A DNA stretch of 63,407 nt, the filler included, from Octopus bimaculoides (taxonomy: Eukaryota): the NCBI RefSeq assembly GCF_001194135.2. It is 5 parts of 5 records of this genome, joined end to end, with 100 filler letters (N's around TTAATTAATTAA, not from the genome) between each part and the next. Parts side by side here need not be neighbours in the genome. Positions count along the whole stretch, not along the records: positions 1 to 15,688 come from NC_068983.1; positions 15,789 to 26,770 come from NC_068981.1; 3 more parts are not named here. One strand, written 5' to 3'. Below are positions 10,631-24,136 of this stretch, in pieces. Below the pieces are notes generated by a model, which did not search any database, was not told the DNA's origin, and saw only the letters and a program-made list of their open reading frames with translations. Each line of letters opens with the position of its first letter. Position 1 is the stretch's first letter. The translations under genes were made by a program, and so were the position numbers.

Positions 10631-13600
10631 GTTTTCCAGTTGTATTTCAATTCGTAAGATTCACCTATATACTGTAAAATGTGGTTACGTAATATTGCAT
10701 CTCTCTGTCTCTGTATCTCTTTGCTGTCTTTCAGTCTATCTTTTTCTCTGTATATCTATCGATCAATCGACCGATCGATATATATATCTATGTATGTATA
10801 CGTAGGAGTAAACATGCTAGTATGACTGAATTACTCGTGCATGGCCGCTCGTTATAATGCCAAATGTAATTAAGATTATACTTGTTTGTTTTGATATATT
10901 GACCAAATATCACGTTTAAATATATCAGCAGTTGTCGTAGTGGAATCATTAGTTTTTCTTTTACAAGTCTCTCAATACCTCTCGCTTATCCTCGTGTCTT
11001 TCTCTATGTTTAGACAGGGTTTCAATTAGCAGCATTCTATTCACATATGACAATTGTTTACAAATAATGGGTCTAATTGAATGAAATTCAAGTCCGAATT
11101 TCTATTTCCTTTGACTTCGACGGAGAAAATGCGGCTTTTAAGATATTTTCACACTTGGTTGTTTTTATCATTTTCCTTGTCTAATTTCCTTCCGCCGTCT
11201 TTAAAGAAAAACCGTATCTATAGAATTCATTTTGGTTGAGAATTAGAAAACGAAAATAAAAACAAATATATTAATAGACATGAAAAAAACTAATAATTCA
11301 TTTTAATGATAGAGAAAATCAAACAAAAATAGTATTGAAATAATTAATCTTAAGGTAATGTCTCCTTTGTATTCTATTAAATTATGATAATTCTGTGTTT
11401 ATCCAAAGCAATTCTTCTCACAAGAAACGCAGCATTCGTGATTAGAATTCTCAATAGTATAAGTTGTTAGACAGTAAATTAATTAGCGGGTACACCTCCC
11501 TAAGAGTACAGTCGTTATCGTATTACAAATTTCAGACTGAGACGTATTTTGAATAGATTATTGCACCATATCTTTTTTAAAAGTTTGACTGAAACGAATC
11601 TTAGAGTTTTTATTTCTTTAACAGGTTTCTTTTTGTTTAGCGTTATCGAATAACATACCAGACAATACTGCGGTCGACTGCGATACTCTCACGCGCGCGC
11701 GCACATACACACACACTCTCTCTCTATTTTCGTTCTTTCTCCTTCTCTCTATCTTTTTCTTACTTTTTTTCTCTCTTTTTCTCCCCCCCCCCTCTCTCTC
11801 TCAATCTCATTTTTCGTTTATTTTTGGAAATGGCTTCGTTGAGCTGTGAAACGAAAATGCTGGTGGTGGATTACTGTCACTGTCCCACAATCGCATCTAT
11901 CGTGAAAAATAGGACGGAAGGATAGTTATAGAAATTACGAACGAAAAATTGTCGAAGACGTTACCATTAATCATGTCATAAAGAATTGAATCAAAGTAGG
12001 ATCATGGCATTACCAATATTTGTTATCTCCTAAAACGGGAGCCATCGATGACTTTCGGTTATTGTTTATGATTGCATTAATCATGATAAGTACAGTTTTA
12101 AAGAAATGCATATAATTTGCAACGGGGCAGTTAATAATTTTATCTTAGATTATAGTTTTCAGTGTCTATAATGTTTGAAAGTCTGATTCTTGGGGAACGT
12201 TTATTAAGATAACTTATGGGTAACAAAATTGCTCTTGATATGTCATCAATTTATTTTAGTAATATTCTCAGGTCTATGAGGCACATAAGCTGCTTTGTCG
12301 GAAATATAAGCCAGTAGATAGTAAGCAGTGACGGATGTTAAGTTGCGGCCGTTTTCAATTAGTTGCCAACATTTCTAATTTACATCAATATTAAATCTAC
12401 TTTACTATTATATATAGATATATGAATTGAAAATAATAATTTAAACGATGTGAAGCGTTTTGGGCGGGAAACCAATGGAAATGATTTTTAATATTAATAA
12501 TTGAAATTGTCAGGAACGGTTAAATGCAAGAATGACTTATGGAAAGTATTTAATGACATCGCTACGTTCTGAATACATCAATCTAGTGGACACCTTTCCC
12601 TGTTAACTGTCTGGTATTCAACTGATTGCATCACATCAATCATAAGAATTTGAAGTATTTTTAGACCATTTCAAAAATTAAAAACATTTAAAATTATTTC
12701 AAATATGTTTACCTAATTGGTATGAATAAATTACATATTTTGCCGTTGGAATACGATTGGTACAAGTGATGTCTACATGTCGGACGAAAATGTATAAGAA
12801 TCAACATCGTGACATAGTTTATCTTAAATTATTCTACGTAGAATTTTCATTATACGCTCTCCTATTATATTCCTTGTACTGCGGCTAATCTACCGAGTAC
12901 AAGAAGTAGCATAGGTTACAAATATTTTGATGAATAATAAACTGATAAGAAAATATTGATGTATAAGCTTACAAATGTGCATGAGGTAGTCAAATGAAAA
13001 CCACATATTGTTGGTATATCATCTTCGCATTGATAAGATTAATGAATGAATCATTAATTTAGTTTTGATTCAATACTCAGATGTGAAACTCGCCAAAGGT
13101 AAATGTTCCGTTGTTATTATTAAACCTACTTTTACTTATATTTTAATATATGCATTTAATTCTTCGCAACATAAATTACAAAATAATCTCAACCTAATCT
13201 TTCGATCCTAACACCATTCAAAATATTGCTCTTTCGGTTCACATTTAGCTAATTTGCAATAATTGTATACCAGATTCTAAAAACAAAATGACTGGCATGG
13301 ATAGATTGCACATGTAAACTAATGCAAAATAAATTCATTTTGTGGCAGGTTCTAAAATCTGTGTGAACTGTTTTCATATATTACAGAAAAGGAACAACCA
13401 CATGAATTCACATTATGACGTAATAATTTTCTACGAACACCATGCAAATGTATTGGCTATAACTATTCAATGAATTCCATTAATGAAATGTATTTTAAAA
13501 TGAAATATATAAAACGAAGCGCTATAAGTAGGTACATTTGAAATCATGAAAAACCCATAAAGAATCAAAAATAAAATTAGTCAGTATCAGAGGCTCTAAG

Positions 13601-14662
13601 TACCTCGTTCGACTTACCAAGAGTAGCAAACAAATCTCTCCGAAATAACATTTTACCAAACTAGAAATCACGCATTCATGGATAGTGTGACCCTAGTTCA
13701 CTGAAACCGGTAAAATAAAAAGAAAATTCAAAATAAGAATACTTTGGCTTGTAAGCAGGCTTCATTAGCGTTAACCTGGAGTTAAACAACGACTATTTTG
13801 CAAATATTGAAAGACTTTAATATTTCTTATTAATATCTATAAATAAATTAATGACTATAAATATCAGATGGAAAATTGCTTATATATGCAGTTTCCGCTA
13901 TGATTATTCTCAACAAATGATGAAATCTAAAATGTGTGTTGCACCCGGAATCAGAAACATTATGCGACAGATATATATTCATTCTTGATAAAGGTTGCTT
14001 TCTTGTTGATGTACATCGTCCCCCCACGACCCTTAATCTAGCAAAGCGGTGAAAAAAAGAGCTTTAATTTCTGAAGACATATAACATCAAAGTAGTAATT
14101 ATCCCACGTGTCATTCTTATCTTTCCGTAGTACACGGTGAATAAAATTTGAGTTATATTAATATTTTCTCTCATATTTCCAGCATATTTTTATGGAACAG
14201 AGCAGTATCATGTATCTGTCAAGAATAATTGTACTAACAACAACAAGCAATGCAAATAATAGAGCGATGTTACTATCAGAGAGTAGATATTGTCTAATTT
14301 ACATTTTAGCTTATTTAAATATCGCAGATGTTAGAGAAAATAAATATTTATTCCTTGGCACATATTTAATCAATAATTTAGATCGATGATCATGTATATT
14401 ATGAAATTCACATTACATGATTATTATATAATAACGCACTTAAAAGTGACCGAATAAAATACATTTCTATAATTCAATATAATACATCTGATAAGTGCGA
14501 GTAACTGTTAACGATAATTCACAAGTGATCAATAATTCTCTTTGAATAAAACTAAGAATATTTCTAATATAGTCATACATATCTATGGACACAGACACAC
14601 ACGTACAGAAACATACACACACACAAACAAGCACGTATTTCCATATATATGAATGATATATA

Positions 14663-14698
<36 letters not shown>

Positions 14699-15084
14699 AT
14701 ACATCTATTATCTACATGCGTATATATATATTTTATACATACGCGTATACATATATGTATATACATCATTTTACATACACACACCCACACATACATATAT
14801 GTATGTGTATAAATGTATACATATATATTTATAGATATATACATAGACATGTAGATATAAGTACATCAGTATGTATATACATTTGTGTGCCTGTAGATGA
14901 TAAAAATATTGGGCATAAATCGTTTTAATTCCTTTTACCGTCAATCGTAGGTAATTGAAGATAAAATTTTCTTGCAATCAATACGTTATAATTATACGTC
15001 TTCAGCGTATATAATATTTCGTAAGACTAATATTGTGATCAATTGCATTATATATGTATGCATGAATACACACACACAGACACG

Positions 15085-15155
<71 letters not shown>

Positions 15156-15371
15156 TTCCCTCTCAATATTACCTCATATTTGGCGAAATTCGTTGGTAAA
15201 GTGCATATTTCCGCAGCAATTATGAGGTGAGATTGTGCAGAACGGTTTGAGATGCAAAGAGTAACATTTAGGGAAGGCTATGGAGATAAAATTACAGCGT
15301 CATATTTGCACACGCTCTGAAATATGAACACGGTTGCAGAGGTATATGCATATATGTATATAAACATACAC

Positions 15372-15404
<33 letters not shown>

Positions 15405-15454
15405 CATGTGCGTGTGCGTGTGTGTGTGTGTATATGTATATGTATATGTGTATG

Positions 15455-15491
<37 letters not shown>

Positions 15492-15688
15492 ACAATTAGA
15501 AAATGGAGGATAATATGCTGAACCCAACTACTTGCAGATGGTGTATCCCGTTGAATTCATTAATGTAATTCATAGCAAAAGTGACAAAAAAGGAAGAAAA
15601 GAAAAAGAAAGGAAGAACCAAAGCACAGGTGTCCATGGCAGAGTATGTTATTTTGCCAACATGGTTTACATATAGAAGTACAAAGTAC

Positions 15689-15788
15689 NNNNNNNNNNNN
15701 NNNNNNNNNNNNNNNNNNNNNNNNNNNNNNNNTTAATTAATTAANNNNNNNNNNNNNNNNNNNNNNNNNNNNNNNNNNNNNNNNNNNN
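15689..15788. other. Artificial scaffold-join spacer N44-TTAATTAATTAA-N44
   Basis: Exactly 100 bp. The palindromic 12-mer gives stops in all six frames and the construct occurs four times identically. Confidence 0.95.
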
Positions 15789-16498
15789 TGTATGTGTGTG
15801 TGTGTATGTGTGTGAGACAGAGTGAGAGAGCGGTGTGTATGTAGTATTTACTCTCTCTCTCTCTCTCATACACACGAACACACACACTCACACACAAAAT
15901 AGAGAGTGAAGCTTTTTGCCATTGTTACGTCAATACCGGAAGTTGACATTGAGGAACCTTTTTAAAGAAGTGAATCTTAAATATAAAGCAATATTATTTA
16001 TTTTTAATTAAAAAAATCAAATGAAGAGCCTAAGATTTATCCGAGGTCAAATTATTCATGCATGACAAGTATGGAAGCATTTGGTGAAGTCGATTTCACG
16101 TGAAAAGCGATTACACACACATCTCTGTTTTATATATAGTATAGATATATATATATATAGTGGATAATATAACAAACGCTTTAAACATGGTGGCTTACTG
16201 GTAGAGTGGTAGAGCACGGTCACTCTCACAGTGATCGTTAGGTGTATGGCAAATGAATGACGATAAACAATTTTTTCGACACATGTAGCATAGATTCCTC
16301 AGAGGTGGGCTACTCAACCACTGGTTCGCTTAATATTTAAATATCTTTTATTGCAAAATTATAATGTTACATCTCTACATCTCTAATAAGCTAGTAATAA
16401 ATCAATCTAAGTTGCTGCCAATGAACACTTATATATATATAATTCTGATTAACTAAACTCATTATAACACCGTAAATATATATACATATCTTTTCTAT

Positions 16499-16531
<33 letters not shown>

Positions 16532-18969
16532 NNNNNNNNNNNNNNNNNNNNNNNNNNNNNNNNNNNNNNNNNNNNNNNNNNNNNNNNNNNNNNNNNNNNN
16601 NNNNNNNNNNNNNNNNNNNNNNNNNNNNNNNNNNNNNNNNNNNNNNNNNNNNNNNNNNNNNNNNNNNNNNNNNNNNNNNNNNNNNNNNNNNNNNNNNNNN
16701 NNNNNNNNNNNNNNNNNNNNNNNNNNNNNNNNNNNNNNNNNNNNNNNNNNNNNNNNNNNNNNNNNNNNNNNNNNNNNNNNNNNNNNNNNNNNNNNNNNNN
16801 NNNNNNNNNNNNNNNNNNNNNNNNNNNNNNNNNNNNNNNNNNNNNNNNNNNNNNNNNNNNNNNNNNNNNNNNNNNNNNNNNNNNNNNNNNNNNNNNNNNN
16901 NNNNNNNNNNNNNNNNNNNNNNNNNNNNNNNNNNNNNNNNNNNNNNNNNNNNNNNNNNNNNNNNNNNNNNNNNNNNNNNNNNNNNNNNNNNNNNNNNNNN
17001 NNNNNNNNNNNNNNNNNNNNNNNNNNNNNNNNNNNNNNNNNNNNNNNNNNNNNNNNNNNNNNNNNNNNNNNNNNNNNNNNNNNNNNNNNNNNNNNNNNNN
17101 NNNNNNNNNNNNNNNNNNNNNNNNNNNNNNNNNNNNNNNNNNNNNNNNNNNNNNNATATATATATATATATATATATATACATGGCAAATGAAAGACGGA
17201 AGATGAAATATAGGAGAATTTGTTATTAATCATGACAATATATATCGTCGAGTGATAGATAAATACAACTCGTTAAAATGACTGTTCTGCTATGTAACTT
17301 TCCGTTTTGTAGCAAGAAAAGCAGCGAGACGGAGGAAATATCTTCATTTATATAGATCAAAAATAAAATCACAGATGGCAAAATTGTAACGAACACGCAA
17401 TCCAGCGAGAAAAGTATTAAAGATATCTATTAATAGATATGGATTTATAAACTCCTTCGGGCAAGGTGCATGGGTGGGGGTGTACACTCGCTCATACAAG
17501 CATCCACAAAAATGTAAGCATCCGAACATGTGAGGGTTGGTACACTCATTACCACAAAGCGAGTTAGCTATCTACTTGGCGTTTATAAAAATGGAGAGGT
17601 TAAAAGTAAACTTAAGTCATCCATACCTTAAAATAAATTAATTTAAGTTAATGGTTAATCAAAATTCATTCTCACTGCATTGTGCAAAAGTATATTTATA
17701 TGCATATAGACATCTCGAGTCATTCAGAAATTCTATTCATGATCTCGGTAGTCCACAGAATAGACAGAGAATTCTCGGAGCAGAGACGGCATCTCCTGGA
17801 AATTATAAAAACCACTAACAAAATTTCATGCAGTACTTGTAAAAATATCCTTTTATAGAAATTTATCTAGAGAAGTTTATCTAGTTCATATGCATTATGA
17901 TTAAGAATATGTATTATGAGTAGTAGATCTTATATATTATTGCATTACAGTATATTGTAAATTGATTATAGTGTATTTTTTGTAACATAAAAATGTATGA
18001 CTGTTAGTTACAATATTACTTAGTGAAAATTTCTAATACAGAATAAAAACAGAATTCTCCTCCGCGAAATAGCTAAGAAGTTATTTAGCCAACTTTATTT
18101 CTTGTAGTAATATACAACTCTTTCTATCATCACGAGTTTAAATGATATGAATTATTTTTGCCGTCGCTACGATTGAATTTGCGATGAGTAATAGAGAAAT
18201 ACCTAGGATAAATATTAATGGTTTCTCAAATGTTATCCATAATACATTTATAAATGTGATATGTTATAAAAACTAGACATCTTCAATTCAAATGTCGATT
18301 CTTCGAAATGACACCCCAGCAACCCTTACATATTCATTCACCTTATCCAGTAAGAATTAAGTGCGAAAATAATCACTAATTTCCTTTCATTTCGATGAAT
18401 GCATGACACAACTTCTCAGAAGCAGGTGCTGTTCTTCCCTCCCAACACCTTTTTGGAAATAATTCAACAATAATTCAACAGCAAGAACATTCTGAAAATG
18501 ATATACTTAGAAAGGTTCTTTGTAGAGGAAATGTATAAGTAATGAATTATGAAAATGACCTGCATATTTACTAAATGTGCCTAAACTTCTTTTCTTATAT
18601 TTGTAGCTAGTTTAATGAATAAACATTTGATTTTGCTCCAGCTTGTTATCTGTTANNNNNNNNNNNNNNNNNNNNNNNNNNNNNNNNNNNNNNNNNNNNN
18701 NNNNNNNNNNNNNNNNNNNNNNNNNNNNNNNNNNNNNNNNNNNNNNNNNNNNNNNNNNNNNNNNNNNNNNNNNNNNNNNNNNNNNNNNNNNNNNNNNNNN
18801 NNNNNNNNNNNNNNNNNNNNNNNNNNNNNNNNNNNNNNNNNNNNNNNNNNNNNNNNNNNNNNNNNNNNNNNNNNNNNNNNNNNNNNNNNNNNNNNNNNNN
18901 NNNNNNNNNNNNNNNNNNNNNNNNNNNNNNNNNNNNNNNNNNNNNNNNNNNNNNNNNNNNNNNNNNNNN

Positions 18970-19238
18970 GAAACTGAAAGAAGCCCGTCGTATATATGTA
19001 TATATATATATATATATATGTGTGTGCGTGTGTATGTTTGTGTGTCTGTGTTTGTCCCCCCACCATCGCTTGACAACCGATGCTGGTGTGTTTAGGTCCC
19101 CGTAACTTAGCGGTTCGGCAAAAGAGACCGATAGAATAAGTAATAGGCTTACAAAGAATAAGTCCTGGGGTCGATTTGCTGGACTAAAGGCGGTGCTCCA
19201 GCATGGCCACAGTCAAATGACTGAAACAAGTAAAAGAG
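18970..19238 (+). mobile_element. SINE family A, 3' half (5' part lies in the gap)
   Basis: Highly similar to about 5157-5420 and 61747-62000. Confidence 0.88.
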
Positions 19239-19529
19239 TATATATACACAAATAAATATATGCGGAAATGTGTACATTAATCTATGTCATACATTTGGTT
19301 AGACCTCTATTATCTTTTTCAATACACTTTTACTATTATCAGTTTAAAAGCCTCTTACCTGAAATCCTGCATATAATTGAGAAACAAAGAACTCCTTTCC
19401 CCTCAGAGCCGGTAACGATTAAATTTGAAATGTCAGCGTTAAATGCGTTTTCAAATTATTTCTCTAATATAAATCATTTTTGAGGTGCATTTTCCTGTTT
19501 CCACTGTATTGTTCGATCATTTAAAAATG

Positions 19530-19730
19530 TTGACACAACGCCAGCAACCTCGGAGGTGGAGCAAGTCAAATAAATTGACTCCTATGTTCAAGAAGTACTT
19601 ATTTTATCGACCACGACAATATGAAAGGCAAAAATCTACTTGTGCAAAACTTAAACTCAGACCGTAAAGACTAACGAAATGCTACTAAGCATTTTGCTCG
19701 TCGCACTAATTATTCTGCCAGGTTGCAACT
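19530..19730 (-). mobile_element. SINE family B, degraded
   Basis: TACTTATTTTATCGAC..GAAAGGCAAA..CTAAGCATTTTGC..TTCTGCCAG blocks align with 45975-46143. Confidence 0.65.
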
Positions 19731-21409
19731 TTGCTGTGCTGTTAAATAAAAATTCATATCACATTATTTGAGATTTGTGAGAGGCAAATTCGGTAACATG
19801 CACTGAGTTTGAAATTTTTCAAACCTTTCAGTTGTGCTTTCACTTACGCCAAGTTATATAGTAAAACACAACAGTTAAAAATTTTTTTTTTCTGACGTTA
19901 TCTTTAAGAATTGTGAAAATACCGGGGTTTCGATGTGGCAAACATTGACGAGCAAGATTATATAAAGAATGCTGGAGTGTGCATGTATATGTACAAAATA
20001 ATTTGTCATCTACTAATAATTGAAAATTGATGTACTGCATTTGTAGCGAAGATGTCGCTATTAAATATTCCACATTGCATACTCTCGCGTAAAAAAATTA
20101 TACGCGATCAAGTTACAAATGAGGAATTAATTGAGCAATTTGCTTATGGTGTTGATGGGCTACCGGGAAAAAAATCATTAAGATGCAGTAAGCGAACGAC
20201 TAGAAAGAAATTAATGGATGTTGTTAATGATCAAATGATGAATTGTCTCAGAAATGTATCACTAAAGTTTAAAATTTCTACGTGTAGAATCTTTAGTTTT
20301 CTTACTTGTTGTCATTAGAATGTCGGTTGCAAAAACTATTGCTACTTCAGAATCATCACTAGTTAAATCTTTCTTCTATTTTTTTTTAATATTTTTTTTT
20401 CCCAAAATAATTATCCTTCAAAACACATTTAAATTTTTCTGAGTGCTTCAATCACTTTCCGTTTCTGACAGATATAGTTTTTTAATACTATTTGAACAAA
20501 TACATTTCCTTCACGCTCTTGCTGTTATACCCTCACACCGACAGACACAATAACTGTGTAGTAATATACTAAAAGGTAATGAATAAAATGTTCGTACAGT
20601 TTTTCGTATATGCGTACCCATATTCCAGTACATATATTTATAGTATTGTTTCAATTCCCACATACTGACAGATGCATAGGCATATTTCTGTTCTGAATAT
20701 ACACACTAACATTCTCTACCTTATGCCTATAATTAACTTTGGGTAAATGTAATAATCGAAATAAAACTTATGCATCGAATTCTGTTATGATTTTTGAAAA
20801 TATCACGCAATTTCTTATGAAGTATAGCCATTTTAAAAGTAAAAATGACTCTACATAGTTTTATGCGTTTCATAATTTAGATATCTATTGTTCAATTAGT
20901 GGTTGCATCGACGTTCAGTGTACATTGCATACAAAAATACCGTACGATGAGTTGATGCCACACATAAAAGGTGTAAACACGTAAATATTGACACATCATA
21001 TATACGTATATACCGACACATACATACATACATATGATTTATATGTGTGTGTGTGTGTATGTGTGTGTGTGTGTGTATATGTATATATATGTATGTGTGT
21101 ATGTGTNNNNNNNNNNNNNNNNNNNNNNNNNNNNNNNNNNNNNNNNNNNNNNNNNNNNNNNNNNNNNNNNNNNNNNNNNNNNNNNNNNNNNNNNNNNNNN
21201 NNNNNNATATACAGTCTGCGATAGGTGAATTGAAGCACCTTCATATTTTTAATTTCGCGCATGCGCAGTGTTTCTTTTTGGTTTTGCCAACTACACAGTA
21301 TAGTAGAGTCATTTGGGTAAAGTCTGTGAGAACAACAGCGCCATAATACAATTTAATCTACCAGGAATTTTTGAAGGGATATGCTGAACTGCTCGGCATT
21401 CGCGCCGGA

Positions 21410-21795
21410 AGCTCCAATATGAAAAGATAGTGACCATATAGAACAAACTTTGGGTTGTGTGTTCCGAAACCATGTAGCGAGAGTGATAAAAATCAAACAT
21501 CCAGTCAACATTATGGTGTTTAGATATATCATTAATTATGGGAACGCTATGCCTCCATTTTGTCTTCCCATACGGCCTCAGACTCAACACAAAAGCCTAC
21601 ATCAAAGGACTGCATGAGGTAGTGCTGCCCTAGGTAAATAGGGTGGTGCAGGAAGACACTATGTCTGGCAACAGGACTCTGGACCATTCTACACAAACAG
21701 GAGAACCCAGTTGTGGTTGTCAGACAATATCTGCAACCTCATGGCACCTAATATCTGGTCACGTTCCTCCCCACACAGCAACTTACTTGATTATT
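21410..21795 (+). mobile_element. Tc1/mariner transposase fragment with DD37D spacing (maT-type)
   Basis: KHPVNIMVF, GLRLNTKAYI and VWQQDSGP..WSRSSPHSNLLDY. There are 37 codons between D (21675) and D (21789). Confidence 0.8.
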
Positions 21796-22647
21796 ATTTA
21801 AATTAAATGGAACTACAAATGTGAAAACAAAAGTCATGATTGAAGTATCTTCAGTAAGCAAAAAGAATCAAACTTGAGCAACTTTCACTATTTTCAACCT
21901 AACCAGCTTTAAATATGATTATGACAGAAATTCCCTATATACAATTAGATGTTAATATACAACACATTTCTGCGGTCCTTAACATCATACATATCTCATA
22001 TTTTTCTGCAGATATGCACACACGGTGAGTGATATGAAGTGACTATCAATGCCATACTGGTGAATCATTTTCTGGAACGTTTAAATATTTTTTTAATGAA
22101 AATTGGTATTTTGAATACGCCCTTAATGTTTTAACTGTGAAGTGACAAGAGTCAATGTCACTTTCCCAAGCATCATAAAATAACTGCAGAGAGAAATTTA
22201 CGGTATATATTTTCTGTATGGAACTTTGCCACCAGAAATCTACAGTTGCTTACTTTATAAACGTTGATAATTCTGAAAACGATTTTCCCATGTGACAACT
22301 GGTTTGACTATCTCTTTTGTATTTCAGAAATATGGTTGGTTATGAGGGAAGAAAATACAAAAATAGCGCTGCTATATTTGTGGATGTTACACTAGGTAGC
22401 GAAGCAAAATCAAAGCATGCGATATGTGTTTACCATCTACTAAAGATACAGTTTGAAAATAAACATGAAACAGATACAACACTCATCAATTCTCAATACT
22501 TATACAAAAACTAAGACTACGAAACCGGGTACGTAAATATAAGTAAATTTTCTTACAAATTTTAAGCACATTCAATGTTTACTGTCTTTTTTATTTTCCA
22601 TTTAGATCTACTTGTGTTGAATATATATATAGAGAGATATAGATACA

Positions 22648-22761
<114 letters not shown>

Positions 22762-22786
22762 CACACACGCATATACCCCCTCCCCC

Positions 22787-22832
<46 letters not shown>

Positions 22833-24097
22833 AAACACAAAAGTTTTCGTGACCTTTACAAACGTGTTTTCTCCAAAAATACTCCAAATAAATAAATACA
22901 TTAAAAATGATATCATTTATCGAGTTTCAGAAAAACATACCACTAAATTATGCATGAAAACTGTGAATGTAATGTTATAAACTGATAAACTATAGGTACG
23001 TCTACTTACCATCTACCTTTTCTCAAATAATTCCTCACGAATTATTGAAAATCTAAGAACATAAGAGTGTGGATATAGATCATCATGCCACCAACCAAAT
23101 TCTTTACTCACAAAAGCAGTTTATTTCATCAATCGGTTATCATGCTGCTTTGATTGTGTTTTAGTGCACACATCCTGATATCATTTGAATGTTTCATAAC
23201 AAATAAAATACATGTAGTTACATATACAATTAGTATACCTTATAGAGTTGAATATGTTTTAGTAAATCACATAGTTTTGTTAAGCATTCTATTCGGGACA
23301 ACGTTATTATCTCCAAACCATTGTTTTATCGTAGGACTGTGTATCTAACAATAGGAAAAGCTATCCAAGCATTGGGGATTTCCCCAATCCTCACAGACAT
23401 CATAGTTTGTTATGCATCTCAGTCGTATTGAATATATTAGAAACAATTCAGGAATGTCACAGAATTTGCAAAATTTGTATAAAGTAATATATTGAAGACA
23501 AAACGTTATAGGAAGTAATGAATCAGCGATTGTACAATGGATTCATTACATTCACAACGGTTCCGTGTTATTGGATTTATATTCTGCTTTCTTAAACGTA
23601 TGTAATTTATACAACAAACTTGATGTTCGTTTTATGAATTACAACTTGTTGGGCAAAGTAATACTATATGTCGTGTAACTAAGATGCAGAATTTTAGATT
23701 TTATCTAATGAAACGTGTATAGACTTTGAAATACGGTTATTTCAAACATTACTGATATATTAACGTTTCACAACCTACAAAAACTGAAGTAGTTCAACCA
23801 ACTTCAATCAATCTTCACTGATTTTGCTACTAAATAATACGTTCTTTGCATTGTACTGTAGAATTTGAGATCGCGTATCTTTGTATGAGAAATATTACTT
23901 TATTTATAACGCAACATGTGTAGTAATAATAAAGCCTTTATGTAAAGATACATNNNNNNNNNNNNNNNNNNNNNNNNNNNNNNNNNNNNNNNNNNNNNNN
24001 NNNNNNNNNNNNNNNNNNNNNNNNNNNNNNNNNNNNNNNNNNNNNNNNNNNNNNNNNNNNNNNNNNNNNNNNNNNNNNNNNNNNNNNNNNTAATGTT

Positions 24098-24136
<39 letters not shown>

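Noticed and set aside
15733-15744. TTAATTAATTAA islands inside gaps (also 26815, 30971, 54997) as a biological motif
   Set aside because: The identical N44/12-mer/N44 100-bp construct with stops in six frames is an assembly linker. Adjacency across these points should not be trusted.
15925-15947. Adjacent CRE-like and ETS motifs (TTACGTCA..CCGGAAGT) as a promoter
   Set aside because: Two short motifs next to a scaffold join with no downstream exon evidence.
16187-16250. tRNA-like segment with a stem-loop whose loop contains TCA
   Set aside because: No T-arm/B box or acceptor stem. At most a decayed SINE head, not tRNA-Sec.
19350-19390. Minus-strand 8-nt microexon (CAG|GATTTCAG|GTAAG) and a 43-nt exon at about 23011-23053
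   Set aside because: Splice-like signals only; the latter has stops in all frames, and there is no gene context.
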